From the human T2T-CHM13v2.0 reference genome, Homo sapiens, in NCBI RefSeq assembly GCF_009914755.1, contig NC_060930.1: 64,000 bases of DNA, one strand, 5' to 3'. Made by a program: the position numbers and the translations under genes. Positions 32,879-50,105 of the stretch are shown piece by piece. Every line of letters starts with the position of its first letter. The stretch's first letter is position 1. The notes beneath the pieces were generated by a model. It was not told where the DNA came from and searched no databases. It saw only the letters and a list, made by a program, of their open reading frames with translations.

Positions 32879-33439
32879 GAAATAGTTAAGAGTCACAATT
32901 TGTCATTTTCACAGTTTACCTAAGAGAGGGAAGTCATCTTTAAATATATGGTGAGAAGAGGTTTGAGGTCTAAAAAAAAGATTTAACTGAAGATTTTTTG
33001 TAACTTCAGTAAAAGGAATAAACAGGGTGCTATGATAAAGAATAATGGGGAAGAAGGAGGGGGGCACTGAGGAGAAGGTGATTGAGGGGAGGCCACTCTA
33101 GAGAGGTAACACTTGCATGTGTCCTGAGGAATGACAACAAGCCAGCTATGCCAAGAACTCTGGAAGAGCATTCCAGGCATAGAACAAAGGCACTGAAGTG
33201 GGGAGAAGTTTGAAGGACTCTAGGAACCACTAGACGGTTGGAGCCTAGTGACAGAGAAATAGTTACATTAGATGAAGTTGGACATGGAAGCAGTGGCCAG
33301 GTAATTTACAGTCTTGTTTGAATTTTTAGTCTATTGGGAAGCAAAAAAAAGTTTGAAGCCAGGGGAGCACTATGAAACCCTCATGTGCAGAACGGGGGCT
33401 TTGGGAGGGAAGAAGAGAGTGAGCTAAATACAGCCACAA

Positions 33440-33942
33440 TCACAATCTGTGTAAAGATGCATGTACAAGACTGCCCTGTCACTTCAACCATCTCTTGCCT
33501 CGCCATTGCTCCAAACACACTGGCCAGGCATGTTTCTATCTCAGAGGCATTTTTCCTTTTTATTTCCTCTGCCTGAAATGCACTGTCTCCAGATGTCCAT
33601 GTGGCAAAGGACCTTGGTTCTTTTAGGCCTTTGCTCACAATGTCACTTTTTAAATGAGTCCTTTTCTGGCCAAATTATCTAAAATTGTAAACCTGTCCCT
33701 CCATTACCAATGTTTCCTACCCCTATTTCCTTTATTTTCCCCTTACCACTTATTGCTAGCATACATGTTTAACTACATGTAAATACATAAATAATGTTTT
33801 ATTTATCATGCTTATTGTCTGTCTCCTTACATAGAATATAAGCTCCGTGAAGACAAGGACTTTTGTGTTTGGTTCATGGCTCTGTCCGCAGCATGAAGTT
33901 CAGTGATTAAGTACTAAATTAATGTTGATGGAATAAATGAAG
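33440..33942 (+). mobile_element. L2 3' end
   Basis: AGAATATAAGCTCCGTGAAGACAAGGAC...ATAAATGAA. Confidence 0.65.
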
Positions 33943-35369
33943 GAAGAAATGTTCATGATGGCCTTTTGAGTGATAGCAAAGGACTGGAAACAAATTGAGT
34001 GTTAACAAAAAGGAATAATTACATCAATTATGGTATAATCATAATATGTAGCTTTTAAGAGGCCCATACCTAGTAGATATAAATAGGCATAAAAAGACAT
34101 CCATTTTATATTAAATGGGAAAAGGAAGTTATAGAAGTTATATGATCCTGTCTTTCAAACACACACCACACACACGTGCACACACACACACATTTGTATC
34201 ATCATAGGAAAAGTATTGAAGGAAATATTAACCATTTGCCTTGGGGGAATGAGATGGGTGATTAAGGGGGATTTGGTTTGAATCATGCATTACCTTTGAC
34301 ATAAAAAGAGAAAAATAGAACAAACAAACGTTATTTAAAACCAAAATGTGATTCTACTCCAAACCTACCAGCATGGATTAAAATGTAAAATATTGACAGT
34401 ATTAGAATATTGCTATCATAATGGGGTAGGCAGGAGATAACCAAAATCTCAAAGGATCCCCCAGGAATTAAAACTAGTCACCTCAACATCTCAACCATCC
34501 TTTATCTTAAGCCTAAGAGATGTGGATTTGGGGGGAAATTTTATTCTATAGAATTAACATCAGAGAAAAAGACCCAAGACAAGGCTTTACAAAATTATGA
34601 ATATACTAATTTTTTATTGTTTTTGAGTTGCTTCAGTGACTTATCTAAGAGGATTACATGGAACAGTCTTTCCTAGCTGAGTCAGTTCAGCTAAGGTCCT
34701 TGAACAGCAATAATTACAAATTAGAATCTGGAGTCTAAAAATAAGAGGTGAAATGGATGGGACTGACCTTCTGTGCAAATATTGAACACTTCAGGTTTCT
34801 AACTAAAGATGTCATTCATTACAGTCTACCCAGGGGAAAAGTTGCAGGTGAACCCATAAGAAAGGAGCTGAGCTTATACTTTTCTTTTTATCCGAATTTG
34901 AGCAAGTGTAAGAATTGTCTGGTCCCTAGGGAAAGTTTAATGCCACTTCTCAATCGACATGGGGTAGTTGTTACATTTTCACTTTTTAGAACAGGTATGT
35001 GTATAGAAGTGATGACAGGTGCATCCTTATTAATGTATGGTTTCTTTCATTTTTCACAAATTGCACTTACTTTCATAAAACAGAACCACATTTTAAAATC
35101 TCCATGTAAATTTTTGCAATGTTATTTATTTCTATCATATTTTCTTCACATTCACCTATGAGTGCTTCCTAACTTAGAAGCCCCTAAGGATCTGTGTTTA
35201 ATATATTGTCTTCAGTGACCCGAAAAGACCATGACGCAGAAGCAAGCCTAACCTTTTTATTTTTTTATTTTTATTTTTTTTATTTTTTTGCTGTTCATTT
35301 GTTTGTGGTAGCTTAAGACCAAAAAAGAATTTGGGGGTGGAGCAGATTGACACTCACAGCCATAGCTAA

Positions 35370-36150
<781 letters not shown>

Positions 36151-36151
36151 A

Positions 36152-36474
<323 letters not shown>

Positions 36475-37949
36475 TCAGCTTATGTAAGCCACTATGCAAA
36501 GCAGTTTCAAGTCTCCCTCCTTCTAAGTGGATGTTTGCTTCTAAATCCCTCTTATAAAGACATTCCAGCAGGCTGCTGAGGACCGCCTAAATAATGAGCT
36601 TCAGTGAGTTAGTTGCTTTAGTTGTCTGAGGAACATATTTATTCTGTCAGAAACGTAAAAATACTTTCAGTCAAAGCCCCGTCTTCAGGGTCCTCAAGAT
36701 AGAGAAATTCTGCTTTGGCTTCATACCCTTCATCTCTATTTTTGGATCTCTTGATTTGCTAGACGGTCTTTCTATCCGCTTAATCACTTTACTTAAAAAG
36801 GCAAGAAAAGCACATGGAATTTTGTCCTAGTTTTAGTGCGGTTCTGCCCTAAGACCAAGGCAAGAGTGGGGCTTTCCCCGCGCCCCTCACTTTAGAGGGA
36901 CCTGTTTGGACTCCTCTGTGAGCTTCACCCTCGCATGAGCTGCAGAGTCTACGGGTCAAGGGGACATTCCCACCTAGGTCCACACCCCCATGCTCCCCAC
37001 TCCCTCAATCCCTGGCTTGGACTCACACAGATTAAATTTGGAAACAGAAATTCCAAGTATGAATAGTCCCAAGCCCACATCCAGGGCTTTGCGCAGGTTT
37101 CTTTCCTGCATCTGCCCTCCCAAAGGCTCACTTTGCTGCTCAGGTGCATAGCACTGGGCCTGCAGTGTGCCTAGGGAATGGCTCTTGGCTGGGGTGTTCG
37201 ACTCGTGAACTCGGAGAGGCAGGTTGAGAAATTCCATCTGAAGAGTTTGGGCTTAGAGCTCCCTCGTAACTTAGAGATGATTTTTTAAAGGACTCAGGTG
37301 TCCATCTTTGGTTCAGAAAAGATGATCTTGTACCTAAATGTCTCCCATGTTGCCATTCCAGTCTCAAATGTCATACTGGTAAGTAACCTTATGGTCATAA
37401 ATTGTATATTTATTAACAATGACTTGCTCCAGGTGGTAACCTCAGTTCTTTTGAAATAGAACATCTGATCTTGTGATATTAAAGCTTCTTTAACTTGTGA
37501 TGTTAAAGCTGCTTCCTTTACTAAGCAAGTGACTTTTCAAATCGAAGATTTATAATTAAATGCAAAGCTGGTAAATTATATCATGCCACCCGTATGAATA
37601 CTTTCATGTTAGGCTTAGGAATAATCTTTTTATTATTTTCTTTGAAGTGTTTATAATATTTAAAAGAATTTGCCGTATTAGACTACCTTACAGATGTCTT
37701 GTGATTCCATTTATTTAAAACATGTAATTTACATAATTTCAAATTTTAAAAAGTAAGAATATGAGCAAAAGTGTAAGTGGCATAATATTTAAGAGAAATG
37801 GATTTATCAAATTTATTACTTGAGATTTACGAGAGCCTTTGAAGTGCTGTGGAAGGTTTTAAAAACAAGATCGGGGCTTGCTTGTTCAGGCATTTGAAAT
37901 GCTAAAAATAAATCAAATATATTAAGCCCATTAATGCAGTTTAAAATAT

Positions 37950-41530
<3,581 letters not shown>

Positions 41531-41689
41531 TCTATTTTTTAAAATGAGCTATTCAATTTATATGAATTTTTAGATTAGGCAAAACTAATTATTGGTAAAA
41601 TAAATCAGAAAAATGATTGCCTCTGTGGCTGGGGACTTACTGGGGCATAAGGCATCCTTTGGGGGTGATCAAAATGAGCTTTCTTCTTT

Positions 41690-43062
41690 TTTATTTTTAA
41701 ATTGGCAAATTAAAATTACATATATTTATGGTGTACAATATGATGTTTTGAAATATGAATGGGTTGTAAAATGGCTAAATCAAGCTAATTAATAAATGCA
41801 TTGCCTCACATACCATTTATTTGCAGTGAGAACACTTAACATTTACTCTGTTAGCAATTTTCAAATATATCATACATTGTTATTAACTATAGTTATCTTA
41901 TTGTACAATAGATATCTTGAACTTGTTCTTCCTGACTGGCTGAAATTTTATATTCTTTGCCCAATATCTCCTCAATCCTCAGCCCTCTCCATGCTAGTTC
42001 CTGATAATCACCATTCTATTCTCTGCTTCTGTGAGTTCAACTTTTAAAAATTCCACATACAAGTGTTTCGTGTGATATTTGTGTTTCTTTCTTTCTGGTT
42101 TATTTCACTTAACATAATGTCTTCCAGGTTGATCCATGTTGTGGCAAATTTCTTTCTTTTTCAAGGCTGAATAATATTCCAGTTTGTGTGTCTGTGTGTA
42201 TATGTGTGTGTGCAGGTGTATACATACCATATTTTCCTTTTAAAGTTTTATTTCATTTTCAATTGACACGTAATTATACGTATTATTTATGGAGTACAAT
42301 AATATGTTTTGATACATGTATACATTGTGAAAAGTTCAAATCAGGGTAAGTAGCATATCCATCACCTTACATATCTATCTTTTTTTGTTGTGAAAACATT
42401 CACAATCCTCTCTTCTAGCTATTTTGAAATATACAATACATTATTGTTAACTATAATCACTCTGTTGTGCAGTAGAACACCAGAACTTATTCATCCTATC
42501 TAGCTGTAACATTATACCTGTTGACCAACATTCCCCATCCCCACTCCTCCTCACTACCCTCCTGGCCTCTGGGAACCATTATTCAACTTCAATGAGATCA
42601 ACTTCTTTAGATTCTACATATGAGTGAGGTCAGGCAGTATTTGTCTCTGTCCCTGGCTTATTTCACCTAACATAATCCTCTGGGTTTTTCCATGTTGTCC
42701 CAAATGACAGGATTTTTTTTTTATGGCAGAATAGTATTCCACTGTGCATAGGCATACACCACATTTTCTTTATCTATTCATCAGTTGGTGGACACTTAGC
42801 TTGATTGAATATCTTGGTTATTGTTATTAGTGCCGCAATCAACATGGGAGTGCAGATTAGCTCTTCGACATACTGATTTCATTGCCTTTGGATATATTCC
42901 CAGTAGCGAGATTGCTGGATCATATGGTAGCTCTATTTTTAATTTTTTGAGAAACCTCTCTACTGTTTTTCATAATGGCTGTACTAATTTACATTCCCAC
43001 AAACAATGTAAAAGGGTTCCCTTTTTTCCATATCCTCACCAACACTTATCTTTCATCTTTTT
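41690..43062 (-). mobile_element. Two L1MA-type 3' ends (41690-42235 and 42240-43062)
   Basis: Two successive L1 3'-UTR starts; the second resumes after the HERV-W at 48316. Confidence 0.8.
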
Positions 43063-43074
43063 TTTTTTTTTTTT

Positions 43075-43399
43075 GCAGTTGCAAGATTTAATAGAGTGAA
43101 AACAGAGCTCTCATACAAAGGGAGGGGACCCCAAGGGGGTTGCTGCTCCCTGCTCGAATGCCTGGGTTTATATCCCAATCATTGTCCCTCCCCCTGTGCT
43201 CTCAGGTGATAGATGATTGGCCATTTCTTTACCTCCTGTTTTACCCTAATTAGCATTTTAGTGAGCTCTCTTTACTACCTGATTGGTCAGGTGTGAGCTA
43301 AGTTGCAAGCCCCGTGTTTAAAGGTGGATGTGGTCACCTTCCCAGCTAGGCTTAGGGATTCTTAGTCGGCCTAGGAAATCCAGCTAGTCCTGACTCTCA
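43075..43399 (-). mobile_element. HERV-W 3' LTR (U3-R only), preceded by the polypurine tract at 43400-43411
   Basis: TGAGAGTCAGGACTAGCTGGATTTCCTAGGC start; TATAAA box; ATTAAA; PPT GAGAAGGGGGAC. Confidence 0.92.
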
Positions 43400-43458
43400 G
43401 TCCCCCTTCTCAACAGGAAAACCCAAGTGCTATTAGGGAGATTGGCCGACAACCGCTC

Positions 43459-43685
43459 TTAACTGCTTCCTGCTGAATTGAGGCATAGTAGGGGTCGTGC
43501 AGTTGAGATTTCCTCAGGAGGGGTGCCTTCCATGTCATTAACATTGGAGCACGGTCTAGCAGGCCAGTCCAGGGGTCCGTGGTAGATCTTAGTCATGGAC
43601 TGCATCTGGGGCTCCATTTGAAGAACAATTTGTAGTCTTACAGCTTCGATTCTGGAAGACATAAACTTAACAAGGAGGTTAAAGA
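43459..43685 (-). pseudogene. HERV-W env C-terminal remnant (end of TM and cytoplasmic tail)
   Basis: SSRIEAVRLQIVLQMEPQMQSMTKIYHGPLD...GTPPEEISTARPLLCLNSAGSS, homologous to the syncytin-1 tail. Confidence 0.92.
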
Positions 43686-43721
43686 CACAGGGATAGGAAT
43701 GTATGGCCGGCAGTGCAGGGG

Positions 43722-46320
43722 ATTATTTCTTTGGCACACTTCACAGGCCCTGACTATCTGCTTGATAGTTTTGAAAAGGCCTGGTCTAGTAAATAATAAT
43801 TTGGCCATCTGATGGGTGCTATCAATGCCTAAGTGGAAGGTTTGGTGAAGGGTTTTAAGTAATTTCCATTGGTTAGCTGAGGGCAAAAGTATTTTTCCTT
43901 CTTTGGTGGCTAGCCATCCTGAGGGGAGAAAACTATGTCCTCGTGGGGTTCCCCATTCTATTTCTCCTGTTGCATACTGGGGTTTGGTTTCCCAGAGGGG
44001 ATTACCCCATACTAGGGGTCCTTCTATAAGCAGTTCTAATGGAGGGTCCTGCGTTGCAGCTTTTTCGGCTTCAATATCCACTTGGCGGTTCCCTTCTATT
44101 TCCCTTTCCTTTCCTTTCTGATGACCCTGGCAGTGTAAGACTGCCACCTCTTTAGGTTTCTGTACAGCCAATAATAATCTCCTAATGGCTTCCTGATGTT
44201 TGATAGGTATTCCGTCGGAAGTCAGGAATTCCTTTCCTCTCCATAGTGCTGTGTGGGCATGGAGGACTAGGTAAGCATACTTAGAGTCTGTTTATATATT
44301 TACCCTTTTTCCTTCCCCTAATTCTAGTGCCCAAATAAGGGCTATTAGTTCCGCCAGCTGAGCGCTAGTTCCTGGAGTGAGGGGATTACTTTCAAGTATT
44401 CCATTATCACTGACCACTGCATACCCCACTTTTCAAAGTCCTTTTTCTACAGAGGAACTTCCATCAATATACAAGTTGAGGGCAGGATCAGTCAAGGAAC
44501 CTCTAGATGGTCCCCTCGAGTGGCATAGGTTTGAGCAATCACCTGTTGACAGTTATGTTCTATCTCTTCTTCATTGTCTGGAAGAAATGTGGCTGGGTTA
44601 AGAGTTGCACAAGTGTGCAGTCACAGCACTGGCCCTTCAAGTAATAGAGCCTGATATTTAAGCAAATGGTTGTCTGACAGCCACAAGTCTCCTTTATCAG
44701 TGAGTATGTGATTTTACATCATGAGATGTCCACACAGTAAGATCTCTTCCCTGTATTATTTTAACTGCTTCAGATACTAAGACTGCTACTGCTGCCACTA
44801 CCTGTAAACAATGAGGCCAACCCTTTGCCACCACATCACTTTCCTTTCTCAGGTATGCCACGGGTTGCAAGCTCGTCCCTTGGACCTGTGTAAGGACTCC
44901 TAGAGCTATTCCTGTTTTTTCTGTGACATATAAGGAAAAAGTCTTGCCCCGTTGGCAAGCTTAACACTGGGGCTTGGGTTAGGGCCTTCTTTAAGACCTG
45001 AAAAGCTGCTTCTGCTTCAGGTGTCCATCTTACTAAATGGGTATTGGCTTTCTGAGTTTTCTTAATTAGTGTATGTAATGGCCTGGCTATTTCGCTGTAC
45101 CTGGGAATCCATATTTGGCAGAAGCCTGTGATGCCAAGGAGCCCTCTTAGTTGTTTTCGGGTTTTAGGATGAGGATAAGCCAATATAGGCTGGATACGTT
45201 CCTCACTGAGGGCCCTGGTGCCTTTGGATAGTTTTAGCCCTAAGTATTTAACCTGCTGTGAGCAGATCTGAGCCTTTAGTTTGGAAACCTTGTAGCCACA
45301 GGTGGCGAGGAAATTTAAGAGTACTTGGGTGGCTTGATGGCACAAGGTTTCTGAAGGGGCGGCTAAAAGTAAATCATCCACGTACCGAAGGACAAGAGTG
45401 TCCAGGTATGAGAACTGGCTCAAGTCTTGGGCTAATGCCTGGCCAAATAGATGGGGGCTATCCCTGAACCCTTGGGGTAAAACAGTCCAGGTGAGTTGAG
45501 ACGTTGGGTTCAAAGGATCTTCAAAGGCAAGCAAGAATTGAGAGTCAGGATGTACAGCGATGCAGAAAAGGGCATCCTTAAGGTCCAGGACTGTAAACCA
45601 CCCTGTTTCCTCTGGTATTTGGGAAAGCAGAGTATAAGGGTTACGTACAGCTTGGTATAGAGGGACAACAGCCTCATTGATGATCCTGAGATCTTGCACT
45701 AACCTCCACTGTCTGTTGGGTTTCTGTACTCCTTAAATTGGAGTATTGCAGGGGCTATTGCATGGTTTTACTAGGCCTTGGGCTTTTAGGTCCTTAACAA
45801 TCTTTTGGAGTCCTTGCTGGGCCTTGGGTCTAAGGGGGTACTGCCTTTTGTAGGGAAAGGAGGCGGAATCCTTTAGTTTAACTTGAACAGGACAGGCATT
45901 CTTTGCTCGTCCATATTGTCCTTCTGTTGCCTAGACTTCAGGATTAATTCCTTCCTCAAGCAGGGGACAACAAACGGGTGTTCCTTCTCCTATGTTCAGG
46001 TGTATATTGGCCCCTGCTTTTGCTAGAATGTCTCTCCCTAACAAGGGAGTGGGACTTTCAGGCATAATTAGAAAAGCATGTGAAAAGAGTAAAGTTCCCC
46101 AGTCACAACTTAGTGGCTGGGAGAAGTATCTAGTGACTGGCTGTCCTAGGACCCCTCGGATGGTGACAGATCTGGAGGACAGTTGTCTGGGACAGGAGAA
46201 TAAGACTGAGAAGTCCATGCCAGTGTCCAGGAGGCAGTTAACCTCCTGGCCCTCAATGGTCAAGCATACCTGGGGATCTGTGATGGTGATGGCATGGGCT
46301 GGCGCTTGCCCCGGCCACCC
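43722..46320 (-). pseudogene. HERV-W pro-pol (protease, RT, RNase H, integrase N-terminus), disrupted
   Basis: Protease LLDTG...LLGRD (45931-46263); RT LDLKDA/LPQG/YVDD (44836-45699); RNase H VLHCQGHQK and integrase HHCC (43638-44171); stops and frameshifts between them. Confidence 0.93.
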
Positions 46321-47779
46321 TTAGTCATGCTGCTGGATCATCTGGTTAGTGGCTTCTGACTCAGAGGACCTTCGTCCTCTGGGGCAGTGGGCCTTCCAGT
46401 GATTCCCTTGACATAAGGGGCATGAATGAGGGGGCGGCTTATTTTTATTTGGACAATCTTTTTTAAAGCATCCTTGTAGACCACACTGGAAGCAAGCCCT
46501 ATTAGGCATTTGATTTGCCCAGCTTTTCCCTTTTCTAGAGCCTCCAAAGTCCTCTTGCCTGAGAGCCATGACTAAAGCGGTGGCCTTTTTTTTAATCCCG
46601 TTTGTCCCGTTCTGCCTGCTCCTCCTGATCTCTATTATAAAAAACCAAGGTGGCCAAGTTCAATAGGGTTTCTAAGTTTTGCTCTGGGCCTAAGGCGGAC
46701 TTTTGAAGTTTTTTCCTAATGTTTGCAGCTGACTGAGTGATAAACTTATCCTTTAAGATAGGTTGGCCTTCAATAGAGTCAGATGACAGAGAGGTATGCT
46801 TCCTCAATGCCTCCCTTAGTCTCTCCAGAAAGGCAGTAGGATTTTCTTCCTCTCCCTGTGTTATAGTGGACATTATTGAATAATTTATAGGCTTTTTCCT
46901 AGTTTTCCTTAGTCCTTCTAGCATGCAAGTTAACAAATGTCTGCGGCACCAATCTCCATGTTCTGATTCTGTGTCCCAGTCAGGGTCTACACTGAGAACT
47001 GCCTGCTGGCCTGTGGGGAATTGTTCTTTCCTCTGTTGTCATCCTATCATTGACCTGACTGAGATATCAGAGATCGCCAAACTCTCGGGCTGCAGTTATG
47101 GTGGCACTTCTCTCATTTGTGATTAGTATCTGATCCAGCAGTAACATTATATCTCTCCATGTCAGATCAAAGGAGTGTCGTACCTTTGTAAAACATCAAT
47201 ATAGCCATCAGGGTTATCTGATAATTTACCTAGGTCTATTTTAATTTGCTTCAAATCTGAGAGAGAAAAAGGTACATGCACTCCGGCTGGGCCGAATTCT
47301 CTTCCTCCCACGACTTGGAGGGGGCATAATTGGGGAATATTGGCACTTTTTGGTTCATTGTTTACCCCTTTGTCTATCTTCTTTTGGACCGTTTGGGTTG
47401 AAGGGGGGTCCTTATTTGTTGGGAAAGGAGTCAGGGGGACACCGGGATAGGGAGGTAGACTCTGAGGGCTTCCTGTAGGGCATAAATCACACTTTTTACA
47501 TAATTGCGAGTTGTCTCTTAATGAAAAGAAAGTTTGTACATATGGCACTTCACTCTATTTGCCTTCTTTTCTACAAAAGAGGTCTAGCTGTAAGATGGTG
47601 TTATAATTTATACTTTCCTCAGGAGGCAAGATTTCTCCCCCTTGAAGAGAATATCTTGGCCAGGCGGTACTGCAGAAGAATATAAGTTTTTTCTTTCTTA
47701 GCGTCTGAGGGTCAAATTGGTCCCAATTCTCCAGAATACATCTTAGGGGCATTTTTGCCTTGGGGGGAAAGTTTCCCAT
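46321..47779 (-). pseudogene. HERV-W gag, disrupted
   Basis: MGNFPPKAKMPLRCILENWDQFDPQTL; MHR-like ITQGEEENPTAFLERLREAL; NC knuckles CFQCGLQG.FKKDC and CPLCQGNHWKAHC; split over 4 ORFs. Confidence 0.93.
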
Positions 47780-47789
47780 TGCTTTGGAG

Positions 47790-47807
47790 GTCCCTTCATG
47801 GTCACCA
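47790..47807 (-). other. Primer binding site, tRNA-Arg type
   Basis: TGGTGACCATGAAGGGAC just after U5; equals the tRNA-Arg(UCG) complement TGGCGACCACGAAGGGAC (recalled) with two CpG transitions. Confidence 0.75.
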
Positions 47808-47810
47808 AAA

Positions 47811-48311
<501 letters not shown>

Positions 48312-48315
48312 TCCC

Positions 48316-49690
48316 TATCTTTCATTTTTTTGATAACAGCCATTCTAAGAAATGTGAGGTGATATCTTATTGTGATTTCAATGTGATGATGATTAGTGAT
48401 ATTGAGTTTTTAAAAAATATATCTATTGGCCATGTGTATGACTTTTTTACGAGAAATGACTGTTCAGGTCCTTTATCTATTTTTAAATTGGATTATTTGT
48501 TTTCTTAGTATTGAGTTGTTTGAGGTGTTTCTTAGCATCTATTGTTTGAGTTCCTTGTATATTTTGCATATTAACCCCTTATCAAATGTATGGTGTGCAA
48601 ATATTTTCTTCCATTCTGTAGGTTGTCTCTCCACACTGTTGATATTTTCTTTGCTGTGCAGAAGCTTCTCAGTTTGATGTAATCTCATTGATCTATTTTT
48701 GCTTTTGTTGCCCCTGCTTTGGAGGTTATAGCCAAAAGATCATTGCCCAGAACAATGTCATGGAGCTTTTGTCTTCTGGTATCTTCTAGTAGTTTTACAG
48801 TTTCAGGCCATATGTTTAAGTCCTTAGTCCACTTTGAATTGATGTTTTGCATATGGTGTGAGATAAGGGTCTAATTTAATTCTTGTGCATGTAGGTATCC
48901 ATATTTCCCAACGCCATTTACTGAAGAGACAGTTCATTTTTCATTGTGTTTTCTTGGCATCTTTGTCCAAAATCAATTGAGAGTAAATGTGTGAATCTAT
49001 TTCTGGGCTCTCCATTCTGTTCCATTGGTCTAAGTGTCTGTTTTTATGCCAGTACCATGATGTTTAGATTATTATAGCTTTGTAGTATATCTTGAAGTCA
49101 GGTAGTATGATGCCTCCAGCTTTGTTCTTTTTGCCCAGGATTTCTTTGGCTATTTGGGGTCTTTCATGGTTCCATATGAATTTTAGGACTGTTTTTTTCT
49201 ATTTCTCTCAAAAATGTCATTGGAATTTTGATAGGAATTTCACTGAATCTGTAATTCACTCTGGGTAGTATGGACATTTTAACTATATTAATTCTTCTAA
49301 TCCAGGAATGTGAGATATCTTTCCATTTATTTGTGTCTCCTTCAATTTTTTTCATCAGTGTTTAATAGTTTTCAGTGTACAGATCTTTCACCTCCTTGGC
49401 TAAATTTACTCCTATTTTATTTTTTGATGCTACTGTAGATGGGATTGTCTTTTTAATTTCTTTTTCAGATAGCTCATTGTTAATGTGTAGAAACACTACT
49501 AATTTTTGTATATTGATTTTGTATCCTGCAATTTACTGAAACTTTTTTTAGTTCAACAGCTTTTTCTTGGTGGTGTCTTTAGGGTTTTTGGTGTATAAGA
49601 TTACGTTGCCTGCAAACAGAGACAATTTTTTTCTGATTTGGATGCCTTTTATTTCTTTCTCTTGCCTAATTGCTCTGGCTAGGACTTTTA
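48316..49690 (-). mobile_element. L1MA continuation (ORF2 3' part)
   Basis: Minus [28 protein letters not shown] is L1 ORF2. Confidence 0.88.
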
Positions 49691-50105
49691 ATTATCCCAC
49701 AGAGTTTCTGGTGGTCAGAAATCTGAGGGTGGTTTTGCTTGTTCACTGTTGGTGGTAGCATGCTACTGTGTGGCCTCTGGAATCCTATCATCTCCATGAC
49801 TACTAGGGACCCTAGTTCTGAAATAGCATCTCTTATCATCAACTCTGGTCTACAGAGGAGAGCCACCACTCACCTCAATGACACTGGTGTCCTCTACCAG
49901 CAATTTCCTTATTGCCTTGATGCATAAGTCCTCCATACTCTTTCAAGAATCATATTTAGCTGATAAGTTTCCAGTTTCACATAGTAGACCCTGTTTAGCA
50001 TGTACACTTTGGTGGGCCTTTCAATCCCTTCCTCCACTCTGCCTGGCAACTCTGGCACCTCCACTTGATTTAATAGGGGCCACTGCTCTTACAATCTCCT
50101 GAAGT
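49691..50105 (-). mobile_element. ERVL-class gag fragment, probable continuation of the 39090-41530 element
   Basis: Minus ORF VALLCRPELMIRDAISELGSL resembles ERVL gag. Confidence 0.55.

Noticed and set aside
34748-35161. 137-aa ORF in non-repeat sequence
   Set aside because: GTG start, AT-rich, no recognisable domain or gene structure.
43459-43662. Possible syncytin-like functional env
   Set aside because: Signal peptide, nearly all SU, fusion peptide and most of TM are deleted.
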